Shown one piece after another: positions 25,417 to 39,800 of a stretch of 64,000 bases of DNA. The first letter of the stretch is position 1; each line of letters opens with the position of its first letter. Origin of the DNA: Paragordius varius (Eukaryota; Animalia; Nematomorpha); contig OZ176054.1 of NCBI GenBank assembly GCA_964247055.1, positions 13,020,001-13,084,000 of the forward strand, written 5' to 3'. The notes below the pieces were generated by a model that searched no databases, was not told the origin of the DNA, and was given only the letters and a program-made list of their open reading frames with translations. Both the position numbers and the translations under genes were made by a program.

Positions 25417-26606
25417 TATACAGAGAGTAGTTTAAATTTTTTATGCAATTTTATAGTACATTTTAAACCCGAACACTTTGTAAAAATGTTATTTGTTATT
25501 TTATTTGAACACAAGTTGTTATATTATTGAAATTTCTATGAAACAAGAATAATTATGGGTATAGGATTATCGGACTGGTTACGAATGCATTTCTGAAATA
25601 ACCAATTTTTAAATATATTTTCACCATATGTTTTTTAAATTTATATTGGGTTTTAGTATTTTAGTAATTAGTTTTACCAATCAAGACTATTTTTGCACCT
25701 ACAATTTTTTATGTTAGTGGTATATTATGTCACATCGGTAAATTGCTGAATAACTAACAGACAGCCAATTTTTGGCCTCTAATAAACTTCCTAAAAAATT
25801 ATAGAGAATCTTGATTTTGTTACGGCGTGTCATAAATATTCTGTTATATTTAATTTTTTCCACAGTTTTTATTAACCATGAAATATTTGTGTGAAATGGA
25901 GAATTATCAAACTTTAGTGCTATGTTCAGGACATCCGCATGGTTTATTCCCAAACATTTGGAATTATGGCACATGTGAAAAAACGGGGAAATTAGGTAAT
26001 AAACTCTTTTATAAAATTGACAAAAAATTTATTTTTTTGATCATTTGAGAATTGTATACGTATACTATTTTTAAATCCCTGCTAAACTAAAGAAATACCG
26101 CCAAGTTATCCGCGTTTGATTATTAACGGCCTAGTTTTACCAACATCCTTAACATCTCAGAAACCAGAAAAGCAGCTTGATAGAGCCTACGCGTCAGATT
26201 ACGAGCGATTATTTGGTTTGAATGTTAGCCAATATGGACAAATGACAGCTGGGAGTTTTTGTTACATTGGACCCCAGGGCATAGTACATGGCACAACACT
26301 AACTTTGCTAAATATAGCCCGAGCAAATTTTAGCGTTGAACATGTGACTGATATGGTGGGTAAGGTAACACATAATACTACAATATGGATACCTTAAATA
26401 TGTTTTAAGTGTGGGTATTGGAGCCGGAATTATTTTGGGGGTGTTTAAGAGAAATATTTTACAAACGGTTGTAAAAGAAAAAGTTTTTTTGATTTTTATC
26501 AGAAACTTTTTTAAACTTAATATTAATATTCATTTATTTCATTCAAATAGCAAGAGTATATTGTTGAATATATTATAGAGAAGCAAATATTTTGGCTTAA
26601 ATTATA

Positions 26607-26896
26607 CAATAAAAACTGGAATTATACGGATAAAATGTAAATATATAAAGATAAATATTTTTGTCTAAAAGAAACTATACCTTTTTACTCCATTTTCAAA
26701 AATATAACTCATTGTTTAAAATTACAATTCATAAAATTAATATGTAATTGGTGACACAATCAATTCTATATTTAACAATTGTAATTAAATAGCTTATATG
26801 AAAAAATTAAGGTTGCAAAAAGTATGGTTGTCTTTTAGAAAAAAATTATATGTCGTTATATTTTTACGTTTTGTCCAATAATTTCAGTTTTTACTG
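26607..26896. mobile_element. Family-A MITE, unit-2-specific (urocanase intron 5)
   Basis: aaattaTA-caataaaaactggaattatacgga...gtttttactg-TAtttttgc. Unit 1 has the empty site aaattaTAtttttgc (~13355). Confidence 0.85.
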
Positions 26897-29048
26897 TATT
26901 TTTGCTGCTATTTATTCAGATACCTATCAAAAAGTTGAGACATTAGCGATTTTACCATAATTTGAAAAATCAAAACCATTTATAACCATGGCCCACATAT
27001 GTTTAGTCGAAGATATAAAAAATCTAATTAAATCTACAGCCAAAACAGGCTTCAGAATCCTTTTAAATTTTCTAATGTATTGTATAAAAATGAAATAGCT
27101 TTTTATCAAAAAAAAATCTTTAGGTATTTGTGTCAAGCGGATTGGGTGGAATGAGTGGTGCACAAGCTAAGGCTTGCAAAATCTTGTCATGTTTTGGGCT
27201 TATTGCTGAAGTAAAATATATTCCCCCTTAAAAATAAGTTTATATATCATGATAAGTTAACTTACCAAAATTTATTATGACTCTTGAGGTAAAATTAACA
27301 ATATTAATTAGATAAATAGTGTGACAGCGAAAAAACGATTGAATCAAGGATGGTTGGATGAAGTGAGCGATGACTTGGATTACTGTATTAACCAAATACG
27401 ACAATTTAAACGGAATCTTGTAAGCAAATCTATAGCATACTGTGGAAACATTGTGGATCTCTGGTAAAAATAGGGGCAAATTTAGTCTTTTGCACAAAAC
27501 TTACATGCTTACTTACTCGTTTGTTTAGTTGAAAAATGATAATTTTAGGGCAAAATTGGCAGAAATATATGAGGAAACCGGTGAGAAATTAGTTGATTTT
27601 GGTTCAGACCAAACCTCCCTACACAATCCCTACAATGGTGGATACTATCCGGTCGGTTATAGCTGGGATGATGCAAATCGATTATTGGCAACAAATCCTG
27701 AACGGTTTCAGAGGGAAGTTTGTCAAAGTTTGATACAGCAAGTCACGCATATTAATAAGTTTTTCTTAAATTCATATAAATATATTTATCTAACTTAAAA
27801 ATTTTATTTGACCAAGTTTATTTCTTCTATTAGATTGACAGAAATGGCTGGGTTAGTATTTTTTGATTATGGCAATGCTTTTTTGCTTGAAGCTGCAAAA
27901 GCTGGAGCACCTATACACAAAAATAAAAGCGATATAGCATGCAATAAATTTGGAGATACAAATCAAATTGGCGATTCAGTTGAACGGATTTACAGATATC
28001 CATCGTACGTGGAAAATGTAATGGGTGAAATTTTTGCATTTGGGTTTGGGCCTTTTCGTTGGGTATGTATGAGTCAGGATCCGAAAGATCTTGCTTATAC
28101 CGATAAACTTGCGCTTTCCATCCTTAGGGAGATTGTGAATGAACTAGATTCTAAAATACTTCAGTGCCAACAAAAACACGAGTGGAGTCGCAGCAAAGTT
28201 GAACTTTATGCCCGAATAAAATCTTACTATGTCGATAATTGCTTTTGGATGGAACACATCATTTCTCAACCCGGTGTGGGATACCTCACTGTAGGATCTC
28301 TGGCCCGGATCCTTTATTCAGATGTTCAAGGGCGAATACGATTGGCTTGTGCCTTCAATAAGGCCATTGCAGATGGGCACATAACGCAACCGATTGTGTG
28401 TAGTCGAGACCATCATGATGTTTCGGGGGCTGATAGCCCTTGGAGGGAAACAGCTAACATTCGAGACGGTTCCAACATGTGCATAGACATGTCCATTCAA
28501 AATGTCTTGGGAAACGCGGCCAGAGGAGCAACTTGGGTTGCCCTTCACAATGGCGGAGGGGTTGGTTGGAACCGTGCAAGCAATAATGGATTAGCTCTTG
28601 TGCTAGATGGACAACTGGAAACGGAACAACGCATAAAGAATGTTATGATGTGGGATGTATTGAATGGTATGGTACGGAGATGTTGGTCTAATGCTTATAA
28701 TTATAGCAACAATAAAATTGATTCTCCCTCCAAAAAACGTGGGACATCCTTGCCCTTAAATGAGAGAACGACGTATTACAATGATCTTATAAAGAGTTAT
28801 TTGCAGGAACTTCAAACGGATATCAAGGGCTTAAAAATAACTTTACCCTTTGGTGAATAAATCAGAGGAAACTTTATTCAAAAAGATATATGTTTATTTA
28901 TTTGTTTGTTACAATATATATTATATATGATAATAATTAATTGCCATATTATTATAAATACTTTGATGTCATCTATAGGTGTTTAAATAATTGACTAATG
29001 GTTTTTATACTTTTTGCCAAAACAATCACAGATACTTCCTTTATAAGA

Positions 29049-30026
29049 TTATGTTTTATTGTCGAAATGACAATTGTCATATTTGGAATTTTGGCGTGCG
29101 ACATATTTTTCGAATTGGAGTTTCCAATCAACTATATATATTGTTTTCCAGTCATCGAAGTGTGCTTTCCATATAATTTCTAGATCACTAAGATCTTCTA
29201 TTGGAAAAAATATATAAGATAAAGGACATTTTGTCTAATAATATCAAACGAAACGGTTAATTGAATTTAGTTGTATAAAAAATCAGACTTACGTGTAGCT
29301 AAAGCAAGATCGGGCATAAATTCATTCCAAAATGCGCACTCTTTAATACGCGGGCCTCGACCAACGTCAAATGCATCGATTGCAATATTCAAATATTCTC
29401 TATTATGGGCAGTGTGGATGGGCCATTGTATATCGGACCAGGTTCCATCATCATTTATGTTTGGATTTCTATTTTTTTAAGAAAAACGAAGGATAATTGA
29501 AAATTTTTTGGTTAATGGTCATATAGTCTATTAAAAAATATTATTATACCCAGTTTTAGCAAAATTGGTCCAGAATCGCATCATGAGCCAGCTTAGTTCA
29601 ATTTCTTTGGGTTTATATCCCTTTGCAGGATCCAACGGTTCCCCAAATATATAATTGATTTCATCAGCATGCATGACGCCCATCCAAGATGGCCAGGGGT
29701 GAGTCGATGATCTGTGAGTATAATAGTATTTGAACACATTTGCACCAGATTGGGCGTAGATGAAGGCGCCCATATTGACCCCACAGGTAAAGTAATAATC
29801 ACCGACACTTTTGTCGAACGCATCCAACATTTTCTTGGAGTCCGAGGGATCCTCCCAATGCGTATACTCATAGAGTATGGCTTTTCGACCAATTTGATTG
29901 AATTGCGGAAATAATTCGGGTAAGGCTTTAGCAAAAGCGTGTCGATCAACGGTAACCGCCTTTTCTAACGGGATAAAAAGATTCGTTAGCTGATAAATGT
30001 TAAAATATGTTCCCTCGTCAAAATTT
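29049..30026 (-). pseudogene. ACHE: Acetylcholinesterase 3' fragment, unit 2
   Basis: Same junction as unit 1. The frame is open through the exon 2 remnant and exons 3-4, with three amino-acid changes in exon 4 (Q>I, N>D, K>I). The first in-frame ATG is MLDAF at 29830. Confidence 0.9.
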
Positions 30027-30841
30027 ATATGGGTCTCCGCAGAGATTTTAAGTTAAAATTAAATCTTATATTTCATAAAGTAATTTTTATATCATTTAAA
30101 GCTTTTTTAATATTCCTTGTCCGTATTTGAGAATCATAAATTAGAATTAAGTAAGAATACAAATGTTTTTTTAATTATCTAATAATATCTATATATGATA
30201 ACACAAAGGAACATCTATATTAAAATAAATTAAATCTCTGTAATATTCGATTATTTTAACAAAAAAAAAAGATTTATATAGCAATACAATAAATAAATTT
30301 TGGCATATTATTGTTGTGCACATTTCTTATTTATAGTAGCGTATGGCATTAAACAATAGTAGACCATAAAAGAATAAAAAATGTCTTAAAAAAAACAAAG
30401 GAATATTTATAGGTTTATTTAATTAGGGTTGTTTGTCAAAAAAACATTTTATTATTCTTTTAAGGACTAATAATGATTTATGCCATACGATACTGTATGT
30501 ATTCACAACATTACATATTATCTTAGGAATTATATTTTTTGTATTGTTTGTTAAATATGGCACGTGTGCTTTAAAGCAATTTTTTACTACATTTTTTTGA
30601 TGAGACTTCTGGAATAAAATATTATTGATTATCAATTTAGAAGTCATTGAGTTATCAATAAAAGTTATAAAATTAAAATATATCTATACATTGTTTTTAC
30701 ACACCTGTTTCAATACAAAGTAAGTTTATGTGGCGTTAAAATTATAATGCAAATGTATCAAAATCAAGAATTTTTTTAAACAATAATTTTATTTATTTCA
30801 AATTACATCACAGAATAGAGGACATTAAATGGATCCATAAT

Positions 30842-33800
30842 TCAATCATTAGAATTTTGTGGCCTAAAACAAATACATAAATTTGTCATGAAGGGTGATG
30901 TGTTTGATTTAGTTTTGGATTTTTTGACATTTTTATTGTTGTTTTCTCCAAATTGATGTTTGGAACCTTCTGGAGGCGTCTTGAACTTAACGCGTCCAAT
31001 ATTATCTTCTTGACTATAAAAGATTCAAAAAAATCCCATAAAATTAGAGATCGGAACCGTCATGAAACAAAACACGGTTTTTGGATTTTTAATTATAGCT
31101 TTATTCTTTAAATTATGTCACATTGTATTAACATACGGTATAAATTGAGATTATACGGACAAAACGTAAAAAATATCGAAACAAATGTTAACTTTATTCA
31201 AAAGACCGCTGTTCTTACTTTATTTTTTCGATATATATCATTGTTTGTAAATGGTAACAACAAAAAAGAAATAAACAACGTAAATAGTATTAATAATATT
31301 ACAAACATGTTTTTTTTCATTTTTCATTTAGAAATTTTAATTTTCAATTCAGTGTTATTTTTCCATTTGACAACTTGTATTAATCGAAAATTCATACTTA
31401 AAATAAATTTAATTATTGCTGAATATAATTCCAATTAAACAGTTATGTTTAAATTGTAATTAAATAAGTATATAGGAAAATTAGGGTTTCAAAAGTATGT
31501 CTTTCTACCACAAAGCTTGTCTTTAAATTTACGATTTGTGTGTATCAATTTTTACTTATTTCTAAATCTAAATAATCGAACCATTTTTGGAAAAAAAACT
31601 ATTCCGAATCTAATAAACATCCCACTTTCCAATCTCATAATAAAAGTGAATTAATAGTATTAAAATTTTGAAATGACTTTAATGAATTTCAATAAGGAAA
31701 TCTTATTTTCCTTAAAAACTTATTTAACTTGCCATTTTACTAGTGTATCATTTAGATCAAATAAGGGAGTGCGAAATTCATTGCTAAATTTTATATTGTC
31801 CATTTTAAAAAATAGAGATAAGAATTCAAATGATTGCTATTTTCTCCTTACTCTCATTTTTCCAATATTCACTTCCATTTCTATCAATTTTAGTTAAAAC
31901 ATATCCTCTTTACAAAATATTAGCATTTATATATGTCCGTACCTTACAAGCTCATCACTTTTCATGGGATTGTAGGAGGGAAATCCTGATTCAAGTCCAC
32001 CTACACTCCGATCTAACATAACAGCTCTTGAAGTGAAATCTTCAAATCCGGATTCTTTGGCATGCATTTTCTGTTGCTGTTGCCTTTTATTGGCAAAAAA
32101 ATCCATGTAATTTTCATCATGTCCAACCATATTGTTGTCTACATTAAGCATGTTTTGGCCCATTAAATTTTTATTTGCAGGTGTTACTGGCCATGCTAAA
32201 TCACTCGATGCCGATTGGCCTATTCGTTTTTCATCTAAACCCTGTTTTTTTTTTAATTTCAAATGAATATCGTACGAAAGGTATTTAATTATTTTACAGT
32301 TTATTATTCATTAAATACTTTTTCAAAAAAATCTGAAGTTTATTTGGCAGAAAGTCTATGTAAGTTGGAAATTAATGAGGTAGAGATAGATTAGCCTACT
32401 AGTTATTACACATTGGATATATTAGTATACCCTAGTTAGAAGAGACCATTAAGTTGGGGGTTCAATTATTAAATAAAAAAATATCAAAGCAGGGCTTCAA
32501 CCAGAAATACAAGGAACCATAATCCGGTGCTTGACTTTTAAACAGAAACCGGTTTCATTAGGTTCAGGAACCACTCCGGTTACCTTTTTAATTTCCCAGT
32601 TCTAATTCCACTTTTTTTAAACCGGTTCGAAGCCCTGATTATTTTTTTCCACCTACCACATTTTGCATATCATGTTTCACATCATCGGCATAGTAATAGG
32701 CGGAAGAAGAAATGTTTGATGGTTTTGGTTCCATATTGGTTGTCGATATTTCTGGCGAGGGTGGCAATTTACCTGTCCAATCAAACATATAATCATATTC
32801 CCAACCATAGTTTTGCAATAATGTTTCAAATAACTGTTTGAGGTAGGCATAATCTGGCGTTTCGACAAAATCAAGGCCTCTGGCATACCGAACCAAAATT
32901 TTGAATTCTTCGGGCAAACCCGAACATAGTATACCTGGGTCAATATCTCGTTTCATTTCAGCAATCTTACGGTACTTTTGTTTGGAGGATTCGGTTTTGA
33001 TTAACTTTAAGCCTGGACTTGTTTGTATCAAAAATATATTTTAGATTTTGGATAAATTTTTCAGCAAAAATTAAAATTATACGGACAAAACCCAAAAATA
33101 TAAAGACAAATATATTTTTTAAAAGACAACCTATTTTTTTAATCTTGAATTTGAAAATTTTTAAAAATTGTTAAAGATTGCAAAGTATGATATAGAAATA
33201 TATATTGATAACACAATTAATTACATTTATTAAATTTTGCATATAAATAATTAATGAAATTTAGATTTTAAAAGTATGGTTGTCTTTTAAAAAAATATTT
33301 TTGCCTTTATATTTTTACATTTTGTTCGTATAATTTCAGTTTTTACTGTATATGTAAATACATACCTTGCCAAGGCAAGGAACCTTTAAGGAAATATAAA
33401 AACATATATGCAAGTCCTTCAAGATCATCCCTTCGACTCTGTTCTATTCCAAAATGCGTATTAACGGACATATATCGGGCAGTTCCAGTCAATGGTTTCT
33501 GTTCACGGTACTTTATGTGTTTACCTGATATACGAGATGAGTTGACAATCAAATTTAAATTTTTATTTCAGTAAAAAGTTACAGTAAACAGACAAAAACT
33601 TAAAAATATAAGGACAAATATTTATTTTAAAAGACAACCATACTTTTTAAACTGTGATTTTTCCCATAAAAACTATTTAATAAATATAATAATATGTATC
33701 TAATTTACGTCTCTTCAGATACTGTGGTCTAAAACAATGAGTCATATTTAAATAAATCAAGGGTTAAAAAGTATGGTCGTCTTTTTTTAAAAATTATTTG

Positions 33801-34881
33801 TTTTTATGTTTTACGTTTGGTCCGCACAACTTATTTCATTTTTACTGTCAGTTTAAAACTTTATACCATTTTTATCGATGTATTCTTTGGCTAATCCAAA
33901 ATCTACGACCCATATAATTCCTTCGGTACCGTTAGCCCGCTTTCCAATCAAAAAATTTTCGGGTTTCACATCCCGATAAACTAATCCATAGTAATGTATA
34001 AATTCGATTCGATTAATTAATTGTATAGCAATCATAATTACTGTTTTAAGGCTAAATTGTTTATTGCAATACAGGAATAGGTCTTGCAGACTGGGTCCTA
34101 ACAAGTCCATCACCATAACGCGATAGGAACCACAGTGACCAAAATAATATACGCGGGGTATACCTTCGGCATATATCCCATACCTAAGAATAGAAATTGT
34201 TAAGTAAGAAAAAAAAGTCTAATTTACAGTAAAAATTAGATTAGAAAATCAAAGAATATACTAAAAAAGACCGCCGCCGCCAATACTTTTCCTTAGTTTT
34301 TATAAATATATATAGTTTAGGGCCGTGAAATTTGGAATAGAAATGTAAATTAGTGACACTCTCAATTATACATGAAAATCTTAACAATTAGGCTTACAGC
34401 AAATACTAAGGCTTAAAAAGTATGTCTGTCATACAAAAATTATCTTTTTTCCTTTTGTCACTTAATTTTTAGTGTGAATATAAATCCAAAATTTTGAACT
34501 TACTGCATGTTATTATTTAAGGTAATACCTTTCATCCTGGTGCAGTCGACTGTACAATTCATATTCCCGTTTTAGTTGAGGGATTTCCGCATTTCCTGCC
34601 TCAATCTTTATGGCAGCTAAACTGTTTGTAGCTATATGAATACAATATCGCAATTCACCGAACGTACCCGATCCAATATGCTGAGCTATTTGATATAGCT
34701 TTGGATTATTTTTTATATTGGTGCCGTTTGATTTGGAAAAACGATCAACACCAACTATACGACCCTGAAATTTGTCTTTTCCGCCACCATGGTGAGTTTC
34801 GGAGGAATTGATATTAACGCTATTATTGGAATGTTTAACTCCTATGTTATAGTAAGGGTCTTCGGTTTTCCCGGGACTCAT
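30842..34881 (-). CDS. CSNK1G: Casein kinase I gamma (gilgamesh-like), copy 3; intact, 551 aa
   Basis: Exons 34881-34529, 34183-33867, 33524-33366, 33012-32657, 32241-31943 and 31013-30842 total 1656 nt and are phase-consistent. All kinase motifs and the C-terminal LCICF are present. Confidence 0.92.
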
Positions 34882-36852
34882 GATTTGAAATATTAAATTA
34901 GATATCGATTACACATTAGGGTTCAAGTTGATGAATCTTGTATAAAGATATTTCATTTTCTTAAACAGAAAACTTAGGGGCCCGAAAAAAAATTTTTGCC
35001 AAATGAAAAATAAATTATAATATTACTAATAAAAATCACACTAATATCAGATATAGTTATAAACAAATCATTTAACAATAATGCTATGTCGCGGTTTTAA
35101 CAATCACGTAAATTGATTTTGTAATATATTTTTATTATTTTTTATATTTATTTTGGATTTGATATTTTCACTTATTTTTATTAGCGTATCTTTATATTCA
35201 TAAAAATTGATCATATAGGGAGACCTTAACCTTCTTATGTATTTATATATCAATAAATATGAATAGTTACTTTTTCATTTGTGTAATGGATCAAAAAAAT
35301 AAGTATATATAAAACAATATATTTTGGGTAATTGGTATTCTTTTGAGAATTATGGTTAGATCCAAAGGTTATTTCAAAAAACTTTCTATATATATATATA
35401 TATATATATAGGATTTATATTTTGATATGATTATGTATCATGATTATGGCGCTTTTATGTTTGGTTACGAGTTATTTAGCAGAGTGTATGATTTTTTTCA
35501 TACCCAAAATTAAAAATCGAAAATTTCCAAATTATGTTATCCACTTATTGGAAAGGAAGAAGGAAAAATTGGAGATTCTACAAACACAAACGAGCTATGA
35601 TGGCCTGGTATAAGTTTTGTTGTATATAATTAAGTAATTTTTTATATTACTTTGCCGTGAAAATAATTTAGCAATAAATCAGCTTATGAATTTGGAAATT
35701 AAACTCGGCATATATGGGTAGAATATGAGGAAACTTTACATCATATACATTTTTTACATACACTTTAACATCGCTATTGTATATTCGTTTCTATTCTTTA
35801 CAAAAATAATAAATAATCTTTTTTCAATGTGAGTAAGAACAACGAAAAAAGTGATACTTGCCTAACATTTTTTATTTCGTGCCTCAAAATGCGAAACATG
35901 AAATGAAGTTGAAAAAGAGAGGTTTGATTTCAAAAAAGTTTTTTTAACCTAATTTTATTACTAGTTTTAATAGCTGATAAGTAATATAATAAATTTCCGT
36001 ATAATTATTTTATCAAGTACATTATATAATGGTTAATCACTAAGAGTTGTGTGGAGCATCATAGCGCAAACGGAAAATATCAAATTATAATTCTAAAAAA
36101 TAAAAGAGATATATATATCCCTGCTTGAGCTAGCCCACATGAAGAAAAAAGGAATTTTTAACAATACAAAATGGTGTGGATAAATTAAGTTATTAAATAA
36201 GAAAATTTCAAAGGATTCGGACATAATAGTTTTCGATTAATTGTTCATCGCCCAATTTAATAGGGCTAAATTTTTCCAAGGCAGTCTCTATCTAAAAGGT
36301 CAAATTATATTAGAAAATCATCATATTTATGAGCGATCTATATGTACACAACTCTCAAATATAGAACTTAACAAGTCCCATTTAATTTAAACAATAACAC
36401 TCAAACCGAGGACCGTGAGCGGCATACGGCCCTAAAACTGCTTTTTAATGGCCTCAATTAATTTTTTTGCATCTATAAATGTCTACAAATATGTCAAGCA
36501 GCTATAAAATTTATCGTAATATACAGTAAGCTGCCTTTTACACAAGATAAATATTTTTTTCGGCCCTCTAAATTATTTGGTGATTTCACTGATTTAGAAG
36601 TTATCCGATGAAATATTGTTTTTGTATTAATTTTGCACAAAAAACAAAAATCATCAATCATTACTAATATATAAATATCCGACTTAATATATCAATTATA
36701 TTTAGGTAAACTATCTAAACAAGGGATTATATTATTATTATTATTATTCATTTTCATAATAAATATGACCTTTAAAATATTATCCATATGGTTATTTATT
36801 TAAAATAAAATTTAAATAGTTAAAACCTTTTTTTACAATTTTTTATGAGAAA

Positions 36853-39800
36853 ATGGCCGAATATTTAAAATTTATTAGTGTCGGGATTCCATTAAATCCT
36901 CTTCCTCCTCCATATAATGCAATCTATATCAGCTGATATTCTACGAGCCCCTTTTCGAAGCAATGGACTAACAAAACGAGAAAAAACGGTTTGAATTTTA
37001 TTTTGGGCTAACTTTTGAAACTATTTGAAGAAATTGTTTTAAATATTTTTGGGGTTTTCACAAATTTGTTTTATCATTACATTATATTCTTTATTAAATA
37101 ACAAGTTAATTATTTAATTTTAATCGTGATAAGCATTATTTCAGAATCCTGCCATAAAACATCTCTTCAAAGAATATAAAAAATTAAAAATATTTTTGAA
37201 ATTTTGCCCAAATATATTATTTTATATATAATAATCCTATTTTTTTAATATTTTTAGTTTTTTTGTCAAAATCCTTATAACACATGAAAATAATCTTAAT
37301 TGCATAAATCTGCGACTAGCATTTTTAATTCCGAATCAAGATTTTTCTAACAAACAGACAAAATTTAGTGTGTTATCGTATGATTATGGGTCATTTTACA
37401 TTTCATTATAATACAAATGAAATTAATACAATGAGTTAAAGCTATATAATTTGGTCATAATGAATATTGATTGTAATTGATAGTATGCAAACATATATAT
37501 TGCAAATATAGAGATATAAATCGTACAATTAATTTAGTTATAATAAGCTTTTTGTCTGACGGTCCGCATTAGAGCCAACACTCAAAAGGTTTAAATTTAT
37601 AATTTTTTAAAAACCTTGTTGTTGATAAATTATGTGGGCCACGTATGAAAGTTTTAATTTTTCTGACCCTTAATTTGTTCGACGTTATTTTCTACCCCTA
37701 AAATAATAATTTATGCATTTACTAAAAATATCAGATATACCCGATTCAAGATTAAAATAAAATTATAACCAACGATCCATAAATGTTATGTGAATTATTT
37801 TTAAATGGGTAAATTCAAGAAGAGGTTTTATGATTGATAAAATCAATTCGGCTTTGAATATAGCCCGCCAAAGGCATTTTTTCCCTAACCTTTTATTTTT
37901 CTAAACTGTCCACCATTTTGATTATTATATCATTGTATGTTTACATATAGTTGGCAGTTAAAAATGTTCTACGATATTTTCCCGTTTATTTCCATGAGAC
38001 TCTTGCCCCGGAATTTATGGAAGAACTTGAAAACAGAGGCCATATATACGCTTATCGATTTAAACCTCAGATTAGAATGAAGTTTCTTATATATATTCTC
38101 ATCGTTTAAACAATTTTATATCATATTTTCTAATAATTCAATTTTCTTAATATTGCTTAGTAAAAAATTCAAAAATTACAGTAAAAATTGAATACGGACA
38201 AAACGTAAAAATAAGAGACAGTTTTTTTTCCAACAGTACTTTTTAAAACCTTAATGTTTCCCATATAAGCTACTTAGTTATAATTGTAAAATATAGGATT
38301 GTGTTTGTATTATATATCTTTATTTCACACTTTGCCATTTAAAACAATGAGTTATATGGAAATAAATCAAGATTTAAAAAGTATAGTTGTCTTTTGTGGA
38401 AAAAAGTATTTGTCTTTATATTTTTACGTTTTGTCCTTCCGTATATTTTCAATTTTTACTGTATTTGTAGTTCTTTAATATATATATGATAGAGCATATC
38501 CTATTCAAGAATACCCAGGAAAATTGTTGGAATGCAAAGCTATCATGGCAATGATAATGAACAATTTGGATCCTGACGTGGCTCAGTTCCCTGAAGAGTT
38601 GGTCACCTATGGGTCTAACGGTCAAGTTTTTAGTAATTGGATTCAAGTAATCCATTAAGTTTAAACATTTTATGCATATTTTTACTTAACTAAATATATT
38701 ATTTATATACAAACAATCTCTATTTGCTATTTGAAATATTATATTTAGGTTGGATTTACAATAAAAATTGGAATTATAGAAACAAAATGTAAAAATATAA
38801 AGACAAATATATTTGTTAAAAAGAAAACCATACTTTTTCAAACTCCATTTTTTAAAATATAACTCATTGTTTCAAATTGCAAATTATAAAATTTAGAATT
38901 CTATTTATAACAATTAATAAAGTTTTTAAAAGTATGGTTGTCTTTTAGAAAAATATTTGTCTTTTTATTTTTACGTTTTGTCCGTATAATTTAAGTTTTT
39001 ACTGTATATATATTTAAACATTGTTATGAAACAGCATTAGATATGAGATAGCATTAGGTTGGACTGGTTACGAATGCATTTATGACCATGGTAGCATATA
39101 AAAATAACCATTTTTTGCATACATGTTCACCATATGTTTATTACAGTTAAATGTGAAATTACTCATACAAAACGTAAAAATAAGAACAAATACCTCCTCT
39201 CATTTAAACTATTAAAATATAACTCATTGTTTTGAATTGCAAAGTGTGGAAAGATGTAAATTAGTAACAATAACTATATATTTACATTAAATAAATAATT
39301 CATATAGTGGGATATGTTATAACTGAGCGGTAAATCTAACAAAGAGCCAATTTTTTTGCCCAACCTACTTTTTATAAACTTTTTAAAATAATTATGTGTT
39401 TAACAATTAAGAGCATTAACTTTTAGATAATCTATGTAGAAAATTTTTGGATAGGCCATGCCATAAATATTGTGTTTTATTTCATTTTTTTCACAGTTCC
39501 TTTTAACCATGAAATATTTGTGCGAAATGGACAATTATCAAACCTTAGTGTTATGTTCAGGACATCCGCACGGTTTATTCCCAAACATTTGGAATTATGG
39601 CACATGTGAAAAAACGGGGATATTAGGTAATAAACTCTTTTATAAAATTGACTAAAAATTTATTTTTTTTAATCATTTGAGAATTGCATACGTAATATTT
39701 TTAATTAAAGAAATACCGCCAAGTTATCCGCGTTTGATTATTACAAATGGCGTGGTGCTACCATGTCAGGAACCAGAAAAGCAGCTTGATAGAGCCTACG

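Larger units (their letters stand above)
23416..28860 (+). pseudogene. UROC1: Urocanate hydratase, copy 2; start codon deleted
   Basis: A ~50 bp deletion removes the ATG and first codons (ttaaatagtt|tttattagtgccggg). An in-frame TAA lies just upstream. The remaining exons stay in frame to the stop at 28860. Confidence 0.8.

Noticed and set aside
17588-34881. Assignment to CK1 alpha, delta or epsilon
   Set aside because: [10 protein letters not shown], the MS(V/I)NTH segment and the C-terminal cysteine cluster point to the gamma class.
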